DNA of 64,000 nt, from positions 62,001-126,000 of the forward strand of contig CT868163.1 in assembly GCA_000165425.1 (NCBI GenBank). The letters are read 5' to 3'. The notes under the pieces are model-generated. The model was given only the letters and a program-made list of their open reading frames with translations, made no database searches and was not told where the DNA came from. The DNA comes from Paramecium tetraurelia (lineage: Eukaryota). Below are positions 1 through 12,973 of this stretch, in pieces (position 1 is the first letter of the stretch; every line of letters starts with the position of its first letter). The position numbers were made by a program, and so were the translations under genes.

Positions 1-1347
1 CTTAGATAATTTTTGTTCTTACATATTATTGTGATTACTAATAAGCAATTTACAGTTAACATTTTAGAAGGATTATTTTTCGTATCCTCTATTTGCCACT
101 TAAATAAATTTTGAATTTTCTGAAAAATTTTAATCAATATTAAGTTTCCTCCAACACTTAATAAGAACATAACTATTATATTCATAAGAATTTCTAATAC
201 CAACAAATTCATACCAATTAGAGACATCAATATCTTTGAAATTCTCTTAATTTTAGATATCACTTTTCTGATAAAAATTCAATTCCATGTATAACAATAA
301 TTTATAAATAGAAGTATTAATATATTATCAAATTGATATTTTTCTACCCACACTCTAAGGACTCTCAAATTTATCATAATAATTAGCTCCAAAACTCTTA
401 ACAAATTCATCCTCTTCAAAATTCTTTTGCTATGGCTTTTTTACAGTCGGTTATAATTCATACAAAGTCTTACATTTATAAATTTTATAATTACATTTTT
501 ACTTAAAGAATTCCCTGCACTACCACTTCCACTATTACCACTATTATTATTAAGTGAATCTTCATCGCTGGCTTCACTACTATCATCTGTATCCATAAAA
601 ACCTTGTCAAACGCCCATTTGAATAATTCTTAATCTTTATCATCTTGTATACAAAATCTGACTTAACTCAAGAATTTAATTTTTGTGACATTTTCTTCTA
701 AAAAATTCTTAACAGCAATCATTTGCATAGTTGCAATTGTCGATATTGTGAACTTGGTTGATTTCATTACAGGAAAACATATTGACGTAATTTCCATTTC
801 TTCTGCTACTTTAAGACAAGTCATCATGCAATCATAAATAAATTATTTCTAATATTTTTAATGAGCATTTTTTGGTAATTTCAAGTTTAGATTTTTAGGA
901 TTGTGATTTCTAGCTAATTTCATTGGTTCATCATCTTCATTTGGCAATACGCAATAAAAAACAAAATCAAATTCCAGCTAATAATAAGAATTAGTTCTGA
1001 TACTTCTGCAGCATGAGAATGTACGACATCACCATGAGATACTGCTTATTTATCTCGAATTTATTAAATGTATTTTAACAACTGCTATTTTGTTTAAGGT
1101 GAAACGTTATTTACCAAGTAGTATGGTAGCTACATTAGAGGTCACTATTACCTTTAGGTTTAAGTCTGTTTAAGCCACAATCACATCAACTTCTTCATTT
1201 TTGATGTCTCCTGCATCTAAGTAAATTCCTATGTTTTGGAATCTGTGTTATGCTAACAACTTAGGCTATAGATTTTATTCATTATTTATCTTTTTAATTA
1301 TCAATGCTTAATACATTTCTTGCATGATATTCACACATGTTACCCAT
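1..1347 (-). CDS. Macro-domain protein with predicted N-terminal lipid anchor (3' end runs off the window)
   Basis: Table 6 with 22-26 nt introns: MGNMCEYH...IYLDAGDIKNEEVDVIVAQTD...HGDVVHSHAAELEFDFVFYCVLP...MTCLKVAEEMEITSICFPVM, matching the macro-domain pattern GDIT..vDvIV / G....ag.L...yViH.VgP / SIaFP. Confidence 0.7.
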
Positions 1348-1505
1348 TAAATTTATATTAATTATCAAATTTAAGAGCAAAATCTAAAACAAATTAAAAT
1401 ATCACAAAGAATTAAGATTGCCTGATCTACTCCAGTCCCTAAAATCTATCCATTATATTTTGTTTATTCCATAGTATTTTAACCTAGCTATTGAATGTCT
1501 GTTTA

Positions 1506-1937
1506 TCAATCTGATCTTTATAAACATGAATTTTACTTTTTGGTCATCAGAATAACGTTGTAACAAGATACTGGTTTCTTAGTTGTTTTTTCATATCGAT
1601 ACTTGTATAATTCCAAAAAGGAAATTATATGGTTGTTTTAATCATTTCCGACAGGCAACTCTTCCAAATCACCCCAAATAGAAAACTCTTCAAGATCGGG
1701 GTCATTATCCAAAGCAAGAGACTGGCATTACTTCAACCTGTGTCTTGGTCTAAAGCTGTTGATGATGGGGGATAGTTGTCTGTCTGTTTTATTTTCAAGA
1801 AAGTTTCCTTAAACAATTAATGTTTATGAAGGTTAGGTTGAGTCTTGTTCTGATTTTAGTATTTTGGAACTATTTGCTTATAAGTAATCAAGCTTAAGTT
1901 AATCGAATCTGATGTCGCTTTTCATCCTCTGATGCAT
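1506..1937 (-). CDS. Hypothetical protein (~143 aa)
   Basis: Open ATG..TGA frame under table 6: MHQRMKSDIRFDQLKLDYL...DPDLEEFSIWGDLEELP. Confidence 0.5.
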
Positions 1938-3186
1938 AATTAATTTAATTATCACTTTATTAGAAAAAATATATTAATGCTATAATACATATCTCACCTA
2001 CCCCAAAATATATTTGAATGTATTCTGATCAAAAGTCAAATTAAATAAATCTATCAATTGTTATTAAGGAATTTTGCACATTTAAAAACTGTATTGAATA
2101 CTAAATCTATAATCCTTCTACAAATTAAGAGAAAATTCAAATGTTTGTTTATTTAAAAATTAGTTAAATTTGTTGAATATGGCTTAATTGTTATAATAAA
2201 ATAGGCCAAATAAGATTTAAATTGAAAAAAGGTTAAACGAAAGATGTGAATAAAGCTGTTTCATAATCTAATAAGGATGCAAAAATCTAATTATTAATTA
2301 AAAAGATAATATTTAATTTACTATTATTAATAATATCTCTAATTTTATATTAGGTAATGATCCTCTTAATTAAGAATGTTTTATTATTCCATATTTTATA
2401 AATAAATATGGATTATAATAATATTTAACCTTGTTAGGAAAACTCAAATATTAAATGAGGATGGAACTTAACAATAAATGAAACCTTTTAAATATAGGTG
2501 AGTAATAATTATTTCTAAAGTTGTTATCAAAAATAGGATCATTATAAGGATTATGAAATCAAATAAAATCCCTTTTATTTATCCATCAAAGGATTCTATT
2601 ATTGAATCAATAAAAGAAAAGCTATTTAATAAATGGTGATTCAAGATATGTGACAAGCAGATTTGCAAAGAACAAAGATCCTGTAAATTGGAATATTTAA
2701 TAATTTTTAGATTTAATAATTTACTTTCAACATAATAATTTACCAATATCTTTACACTCTCCTTTATAAAATGATTAATTCTGTTGAGAGATAAAGGAAG
2801 TATGCAATTTTCATCAAAATTAAACGAGAATATTATTAATCATAATTACCAAATGTCAAATTCCAACTCGTTAACTATCTACCTATGGTTTGGAGAAATA
2901 GGGAAAATAAAAATTAAATGGAAGAGTGATAATGTAAAAGCATATTTTAATGTCTGTTAGAATGAAAATTAGAATAAAAATGACTCATATAATTAACGAT
3001 TTATAATTAATAAAAAATAAGGAAATTTTTAGTGCAATTCTTAGTGATAAATAATTAATACTAGATATGTTGATTGATTAAACAAGAACTTATAAATAAT
3101 ATTTATTTTGCCTTTTTAAGTGTGATTAAAAATAAAGTTTAACGTAAATTAAATTAATATCTGTTTGCAAATACCCTTTATAAAAA

Positions 3187-4821
3187 ATGTCAACGAATAC
3201 TGTAAAAATGCTCTAATAGCGTAATATTGATATAGAAGTATCCTGTTTTGAAGATAAATTACAAATCTCACCATCAAAATAAAATAAAGAAAATTCACAT
3301 CTATCTAAATCTAAAACTTGTGATATCAGCGATCTTGTTAGATTGCTACATAAGGTGGACATTCAGAGTGCTAATCATGGAGGTAGTATAAATATTAAAT
3401 CAATAGACCAAATGGAATAGGAATAAGACAGTACACCTAAAAAATAAATACAATAAGGAAAAACCTGCAGGTATATTCCCTTGAGAAGTGGTCAAAAGTA
3501 GACTCTAAACGAGGAATTTCAATATAGAGAGATTGAGGAGGAGAATCAAGAACCATAAAAAGGTAGCGATTACAAAGAGTAAGGAAATGTTACACTGAAA
3601 GACATCTATAAGATGCATGTCCTTGGATAACCATTACAAACTGAATAGCTATAGTGGGAATCAAAGAATTTGTTGCGCTTTGCTGACAATACTCCTTCAA
3701 AACGAAAAATATTGTCAGACATAAATCCAGCTGTCTTGGAAACTTACTAAAACCTAATGGACTACAGAGAACAATATTAAACTAGTTAAGATTATCAATT
3801 CAGCCAAAGAAAGATTAGCAAAGTACCATTTAAAGTGTTGGACGCTCCTCAATTATAAGATGATTTCTATTTAAATCTAATAGATTGGAGTTCTTAAAAC
3901 GTACTATCAGTGGCACTATCCTCATGTGTATATTTGTGGTCGGCTTATAACAACAGAGTAACTAAATTCTGTGATTTCGGTAATAATGATATGGTTTGTT
4001 CATTGATATGGAATCCATAAGGAAATTAATTAGCAATAGGAACAGGCTCAGGAGAAGTGCATATTTATGATTAAGAGAAAATGAAAAGAATATAAATATT
4101 GGAAGGACATTCTGCTAGAGTTGGATCTTTGGCATGGAGTGGAAATGTAAGATTTTTATTCATAAATTAGACTCTATGTTCTGGTTCTAAAGATAGATCA
4201 ATAATTCTACATGATCCAAGATAAAAAAGACAGACTGGAAAATTTGAAGGTCATAAATAAGAGGTTTGTGGATTGAAATGGTCACCTGATGAATATCAAT
4301 TGGCATCAGGTGGAAATGATAATAAATTGTTTGTTTGGAGAATGGGATCATAAATTCCATTAGCTAAATTTAATTAACATTAGGCTGCCGTAAAGGCTAT
4401 TGCCTGGTCACCCCATAGACATGGTTTATTATCTTCAGGCGGAGGAACTGCAGATAGAACCATTAGATTTTTCAATACACTAACCACTGAATAATTAGAT
4501 TGGATCGACACTGGTTCCTAAGTGTGCAATTTGATGTTCAGTAAAAATGTAAATGAATTCGTTTCAACTCATGGTTACAGTATGAATTAAATTGTATGTT
4601 GGAAATATCCAGCCTTATAAAAAGTATTTTTGATATTCATATTCTAGGTTACTACTTTAATGGGCCATACTTCTAGAGTCCTATTTTTGGCAATGTCACC
4701 AGATGGAGAAACTATAGTGACTGGAGCTGGAGATGAGACTTTGAGATTTTGGAATGCTTTCCCAAGAAAAGAATAAGCTTAACCAATCAATACTGTTTTA
4801 CTACCTTAGATGATTAGATGA
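3187..4821 (+). CDS. FZR1: APC/C co-activator Cdh1/Fizzy-related (Cdc20 family WD40 protein)
   Basis: [72 protein letters not shown]-terminal IR tail (QMIR*). Introns 4147-4170 and 4624-4647. Alternative in-frame ATG at 3067. Confidence 0.92.
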
Positions 4822-5439
4822 AACTATAATTGTATTTTATTACTATTTATTTAATCGATATTAAAATAATATTCCAAAATTTATTTTTACTTTTATTATA
4901 AAAATAATCATTATTTTATAAATAACATTCTAAAACTTAAAACAATTTGGTTACTAAAAAGATATTGAATTCAAATTGATACCATTCTTTCTAAACATAC
5001 ATAATAAAATATTAATTTAAAGTTTATAAAAAGGACATTGATAGATTTGCTTTTAAGAGCAAGATTCATTTTATTATTCCACAAAAGGTCAATAGTAAAT
5101 CATTCTTTTAATAACTTCATCATAACTCTCAATGTCCTAATTCAAAATTAATCATAAACTTTCCGCTTCCAAATTGAATAACCAAACTGAAAGAGATGAT
5201 AGTTAATCTGAAAAAGAAATAGATATATTTAATATAGAAGATTTAATTTTCAGAATTGAAATTTAAGTTATATCAAGAAAAATGATCAAAAGTCTACATA
5301 AAAATTCTGCTTTAGTAATTAAACAACGATTTCAAAGAATTTTAGATAGATTCAATAGTGAATGACATAGATTTCAGCATTCAATATTTAATTGGTTATA
5401 TTTTTATTTAATTTTCATAATATCATCCTTATGATCTCC

Positions 5440-6764
5440 TCAATCATCAGACCAACCAGAATTATGACTATCAGAGCTATCCTTTCTATTTTTAGTTAGT
5501 TGTTCTCTTCTTTGAGCCATCATTTAAGCTAAATAACTTGATAAATCATCTTATTGTTTTTTATCCATTTCTTTTATGTCTACTTTACACTCATTCTTTT
5601 CAACATGTTTTAACTTCACACCTTACTAAATTTCAGCCAATAGATCATTTTTATTGGATTAACTTTTAGGTTGTTGTTTTGGAGCTTGCTATTACTGTTA
5701 TGTATTAGGCTAAGTCACTTGGGGTTATCCACTAATAGGTGCCTTAGGAGGTGGGGGAGGTGGAGGACCTCTAGGAGGAGGTGGAACACCTTTGGGAGGG
5801 GGAGGAGGTGGAGGAGGAGGAGGAGGGGGTGGAGGAGGTGGAGGTGGAGCACCACCTTTAGCTGAAGGCGCAGGAGGTGGTGGAACGACCTTAATTAAGA
5901 GATAAAATATACTTGTTATTATTGTTGCTACTTTGAAGGAGGAGGTGGAGGAGGGGGAGGAGGAGCAGTAGGATTTTCATTGAAATTAGCAACAGCCTTG
6001 AAGATTTCTTTGGCTTGATTTTTATCTTGTAAATCCTTTTTAGTAATTCCTGCCTTTTTGAAAGCATTGATCAGCTCTGGAGGCAATTCATCTAAGTTAA
6101 TTTCTCCGGTGTCAAGATTAAATGTTAATTAATTCCTTTTGAATCCGGTTGGACCACTCACTTATACTTACTAGTTGATATCTAATAAATTTATACCTTC
6201 TCGACTTGTTTATTCAATCCAAAAAAGTCTTTAAATGCACCTTTAACTGTTCCCTTTTCTTTTTCTAGTTTGTCAAGTTTCTTTCTCTCCTTTTCCTCTT
6301 TTTCAATTTAGGCATTAATTTCTTCTAATTATTGTTTCGTTGGACCATTTGAACAAATCTTTTACGTTATCTTTGTAGCTTCATCGACATTTGGAAACAA
6401 GAAACCAATAAAACCTTTAGAAATGGGTATGCTATAGAAATTGGCGATTCCATGGACAGGTTACCAAAAGTCTTTGATTCCATAACAAAGTTCCATTGAA
6501 AATAGAACTTACAGAGTTGCAGGATCATAAACTCTCAAGTAAAAGCACTTCTATAAATTATTTTCTTACTTTTCCTTCTCTTCTGTCTATTAGAAAGCAC
6601 AGAATTCCTGCAATGTTGGATCCATGAAATTTGTGCTTACCTTCATCCGCAGTGTATATTTACACAAATGTCATTTCAAGCACTGTTGCAGTCTAATTCG
6701 CACATCCTCCTACAACATCTTGAATGATTTATCTCACCTTAGGATTCTTTAAGATGTCAGTCAT
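5440..6764 (-). CDS. WASP-family actin nucleation-promoting factor (WH1 - CRIB/GBD-like - polyPro - WH2 - C - A)
   Basis: WH1: FYLRVYDPATLQVLFSMELC..FIGFLFPNVDEA. GBD-like: VSGPTGFK...LPPELINAFKKAGITKKDLQD. Long polyproline. WH2: NDLLAEIQQGVKLKHV. C helix: LSSYLAQMMAQRR. Acidic Trp end: SGWSDD*. Confidence 0.85.
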
Positions 6765-7290
6765 ATAATTAATAATAACTAATAAAAAATCACTTTTATC
6801 AACATATATTGAGTAAATTTTTATTAAATATCCCATTCATTCCACAAATGATGGTAAACACATTGTGCATTTTTATTTGGGATCCAAATTCTTTGGAATA
6901 TTTAATGGGAAATCGTATTATCTTTCTTAACAGAATTTTATCCTCAATATCAAATGAATTTATATTATAATAGATAAACAATTAACGTATTTATCTACTC
7001 AGCTATTTCCATCAAAATAAATTATTCTAAAGTAGAAAGATAAAGTAACTTCTTTATTATGATTCAATTTCAAGAGTATATAATTTAAATTATGGATTTA
7101 TGAATATGATCTTTGATTCCATTTCTTGTTGTTTTCTTTTGAAAAACAAGGAAAAAAGGATGATACTCTTTAGAAAATTATATTATTAACAAAAATTCAG
7201 AATTCAATAGAATTATTAAGCAATGTATGTAATAAGTAAATCTAGTATTTTTTAATTACAATATATATATTAACAAATCATACACAGGAA

Positions 7291-8739
7291 TCATAATTTA
7301 AAAGCTTCAAGTTCTAATTTCTAAGTTAACATCTAATAGACGTATTAACCTACAATTAATTAAGTTAAATACCAAATTGTGATTATTAAATTTCTTACAA
7401 TAGTTATTAATTGTTTGTAATTTTCAGATAAAACTCTTTTTATATTTCACTATCGGAAAATTTAAGAAAGTTTTAGACAACATAATTGCCATATGCATTT
7501 TTTGAGAGACTTACAAATAAAACTGGATGATTCTTTTGACTCAATAGTAACTCCATAATTTTTAATTTGAATTTATTATTTGAACATTTGATTGCACAAT
7601 CAACAACATTACTTAATTTAAAAGATGAAAATACCTCCCAAACTTATTCAAGCTGTATTCTTCTATTTTATCCATTATAATTTGCTAAATTTCAATTTAG
7701 ATAACTTCTGGGCCATCTTTCAATAATTACTGAATGATATAATTGCCATATTATGAAGTGCATAATTCTTGAGATATCTTCATGATTTCTTGTAAAACAC
7801 TCATCTAACGTTCGGCATGATTGTTTGAGATTGAAATAGCTTTTTAGATGATCCTGCATCCAAAAGAATTTGTAACCAACTTGCTTATTTGTCCTTCAAC
7901 TCCATCTAAAACCCAGAGGCTGACATCGCCTTCCATTAGTTAGATAAGTTTTTGCACAACGTGATTTCCATGCTGATCTATCACTAAATCTCTGACTTTG
8001 CCCTTTATTGAATCAAATAACACTTTGAACTCTGGAGTTTTATGGGAATTTTATAACAGCCTTTATAAGACTCTACATCCATATTAATGAAATGCAAGTT
8101 GTTAAGTGTGGGGCTATAAAATTATAAGCATTTTTTGTTGTTGTAATTGAGTTCCTACCTTTAGCTAAAATTCATACCATTTTCGAGAAGATTTTAAATG
8201 ACATAATTACCAAATACATCCTTTGACAAGGATACGAAGCCCTTTTCAAGTCTACTGAATATCAAATCTTTGATTGCAACAGATCCTTCTTAGAATTGCT
8301 TTTGAATGCTTCTGGCACCATTTTAATCCTTGCATTTAGATATCTTTTAAATTATGAATTTTTGATTACTAAATCTCCTTCTAGACTTGTTTCTTCTTCT
8401 GGAATAAATTATGTCATGCACTCATATGATTTGGCTTTTAAGGCTGAATTAGGAGCACTTTGCTAAACAGGTATTTTTGTTAGTCGTAAATCCAAATCGT
8501 AAGAACTTTAATTAACAAATTAACAACTTTGCTTTATGTTAAACCTAAGGTGAATAGACCTTGGGTTGATAAACAGGTGAGGCCTTTTGGTATTATTTAA
8601 TTTCCAATGCAGGGGGTCTATTGTTAGAATATGATTTTTTTGTTTTCTCTGCTTCAAAACTATCTAAAAGAGCATGAGGATTTGAAATACCATTAAGAAG
8701 ATCGCCTATCATATCTTTCTCTTCTGGATCCTAAAACAT
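7291..8739 (-). CDS. Pumilio/PUF RNA-binding protein with 8 repeats
   Basis: Repeats DQNGARSIQ, DVFGNYVIQ, HQYGCRVLQ, DQHGNHVVQ, NSFGCRIIQ, SQYGNYIIQ, NKFGSNVVD, NAYGNYVVQ. Start codon uncertain. Confidence 0.9.
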
Positions 8740-8955
8740 TAGAATTGTATAAAAATAATAATAATTGGGGAATGAATATAATTATTTAAGATGCATTTCG
8801 CTCTATTCTCAATAGATTAAATAATAATACCTAAAAATTGTAATTATTAATAATACCTAATTACATCATCTCCATAATTTTCGTATTTTATATAATAGAA
8901 ATCAGAAGTTATTTCAAGAATAAGATCATCATAAAATATAAATATATTTATTAAA

Positions 8956-10123
<1,168 letters not shown>

Positions 10124-10190
10124 ATGTGAATTGCTAATGAATATAAGATAACAAAATTAAATTATTATAAATTTTAGGTTTTATTATTAT

Positions 10191-10676
10191 TCAGGCTTGT
10201 TCCTAACCAACCTATAATTCCAACTCGGCTATTCTTCTCTGCAATCCCAACAATTATTATTAGAGAGCAGTCTTTTCTCCTTTTAATCCTGTGATTTATT
10301 ATTACAATCTTGAATTTTCAGCCTTTTGATGTGCAAAGTGTCTAATTACATAGATTTTCTATACCTTTTCATTTCCTCTTCTATTCTCATAAGCTCATTG
10401 GTAAGAGTCTTCTTGACATCTTGAGTTTTCATACTCAAAACTGATTCTAAGGTATCTTTTTCGGATTTGAGTATTTAAACTTCTTTTTTGTGAAAATTCA
10501 TCTCATCTTGAATACCTTTGATTGTTTCCTAAGATGGATATATTTAATACTTCCAAACCCATCAATTTCCCCTTTAATGAGGCAGGATTTTGAGAGCCAC
10601 CGAAACTTTGGTTAGTTTAACCTAAATCGTTACCTTTGGCGAGAGTATTGCCTGCAGACTTAAAAGTATTACTCAT
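10191..10676 (-). CDS. Small coiled-coil protein
   Basis: MSNTFKSAG...SLKGKLMGLE|ETIKGIQDEMNFHKKEV...KAENSRLQQQITGLKGEKTALQQQLLGLQRRIAELELQVG. Two tiny introns. Confidence 0.8.
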
Positions 10677-10753
10677 AAAGAAATAATAATATAATTTAAT
10701 TAATTTAAACGCATTCCTTGTACATGTACTTTACATAATATTAATATATTTTA

Positions 10754-11578
10754 TCACCAGTCTTTCTCTGCCTTTTCGCCTTCAGCTTATTGTTCATGAT
10801 CTTCAGCTTCTTATTTGACTTAATTGTCTGTGATGCCCAATTAATCATTGGTAATTTCCTTGTGATAGAACAAATCAACCAAAACATCCCATTCTTCATC
10901 TAAAATAATTGAATATTATCAATAGATACCTTATCTCAATTCTCCTCTTAAGATTTTGACTTCTCTAGCCAACAACCAATAAATCATTGAAATGGATTTG
11001 GTTTCCCTGTTTCCAACTGGGATGGGAATGTCAACATATTATAATGGAGTGTCAGAGTTGGTTAAGGCAATGACTGGAATGTTAACGTATGAGGCTTCAA
11101 CAATAGCTTATCTATCCTATAAAATATATTAATTCAAATATTCTTACCAAATGAGGATCTGTTACAATCAACAATTATGGTTCTTATAATTTACCACTGG
11201 CACTGTTGGATTGATTTGTCAATGTACCTGGTGTCCATCTTGCTGATCTTGTTGAACTGGCCAATGTGTAGTGAGCAAACTTAATGACTGCTCTTTAACC
11301 AATTGGTCTTGATGAAACAACCTGAATTATTCAAGTTTATCATACCATAACATCTTGTGGTTATTCGATTGCAGCAATAACTCTGGCAGCCAACTTAATG
11401 TGTTACCAGGTTTCCTCTAAATTGAGAATGTATGAACCATTATCACTTCTATGAGATACATATCTCTTCATGTCAAAATGAAGTTGTTTTGTTCCAACGT
11501 GGCACTAAAGAGAAATCTAAATAACATTTTTACTTATGAAGCAATCAATCTTTTGATGTCTTATTCTTTTCTGCTCAT
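10754..11578 (-). CDS. RPSA: 40S ribosomal protein SA (uS2)
   Basis: [91 protein letters not shown]. Confidence 0.96.
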
Positions 11579-12973
11579 ACAATCAAATATAAATATCTAT
11601 TTTTTTAAATATTTAACAAATCTCGATTATTTCTTAATCAATTTTTTATATAGAGCTATCCTTGCAATAAACACTCAATAATCTCATAATGAGTGCTTAT
11701 TTACACCCTTCCAACACTATCTAACACACCTATAAACTGATATTTCTGTGAGTTTCTAAATTTTGCATTAATAAAATTTAAAATTTAAAAAAAAACAGCG
11801 CTATATTTCTTAAATATCAATTGCTCAACCATAAAAAAGAGTATTTTTAATCCATATCCAAGCATAAATTAAATACGTTTTTAGATTATTGACTTTAGGA
11901 TATCTAAATATTTATTTGCTATTCTTAGGAATATGTAAAATATTTAAATAATAGATTTTTTATAATTTTCAATAGATTTGTTTGTTCATATTTAGTGATG
12001 TCTTAGAAATCGAAAACCTCTATTTACGTGTGGATATAAAGAATTAAACAACTCTATTTTAGAGCTCTTAGAAATGTTACAATAATAATTGATAATATTC
12101 TATAAGTCTATAATCTAGAACATTTGTGTTTATTCATGAAAAAGTAGGAAAGTTAATCAAGGTGTTTATGATTATGAACTTAGTTGATGTAAATATATTA
12201 AATGTTTAAAAGAAATAGTGTTTACTATGACTAATAAATGATCTAATTAATATAATGATAAAAAAATATCAAAAATAGAATTCTATTTAGATAGGCTGGC
12301 AAAATGAAATCAAATTAACATTAAGTATCATATGATGTATTGATATTTAAGCTTATCTATCCTATTAATAAATTCAAATTATACATGACTGTATAATTAT
12401 TCTCTTTAAGAATTTTCGATAAAATTATTATTTTAATTAGAATCTCATTCTGTTTTAGTATTTTTTTATATATAAAACCTTCAAATAAACTTAAAACTCT
12501 TATGCATTTTAAGAAATCCAATGTGATATATAAAACTTCTAATAAGTATTAGATCAGATTTTGCATACTTTCTACGTTTTTAGCATTTCTAATAATATCA
12601 AAAATCCAAAAGTAAAATATACTTTATAAGAACTGAATTACTTTTAAAAAAACACATGCCATTATCGATTTTTCTACTTAGATAGTTTATGATATTCTAC
12701 TATACTTTTCCACTATTTCAGTGCTTCTATCAAAATTGCTCAAAGGATCTAAATTGTAATTCATCCAGTATCAATTTTGACAATTACTTCTAACTTTATT
12801 TAAAACTCTACTATTGTAATCTTTATTAATGGAAATCGATAAATGGATAGGCTAAATTGCAATTGTGAGGTTATAGATAATTTATAAATCTTATGAGCCG
12901 CATATTCAATTATTTAATCTTAATTCATTTAACTGTATTAAAAATATTAATAAATTTAACGAATTCTCTTATA

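Noticed and set aside
2119..2700. ATG-initiated AT-rich frame on +
   Set aside because: No recognisable motif; frames of this length occur by chance when only TGA is a stop
5671..5865. ORF-track Arg/Trp-rich 64-aa ORF on + and the G-rich GGA/GGT repeat
   Set aside because: Antisense shadow of the WASP polyproline codons; not a separate gene or a telomeric repeat
8800..8880. Two similar gtattatta.. segments on the minus strand resembling back-to-back introns upstream of the PUF gene
   Set aside because: Lies in an AT-rich divergent intergenic region; cannot show it is transcribed or spliced
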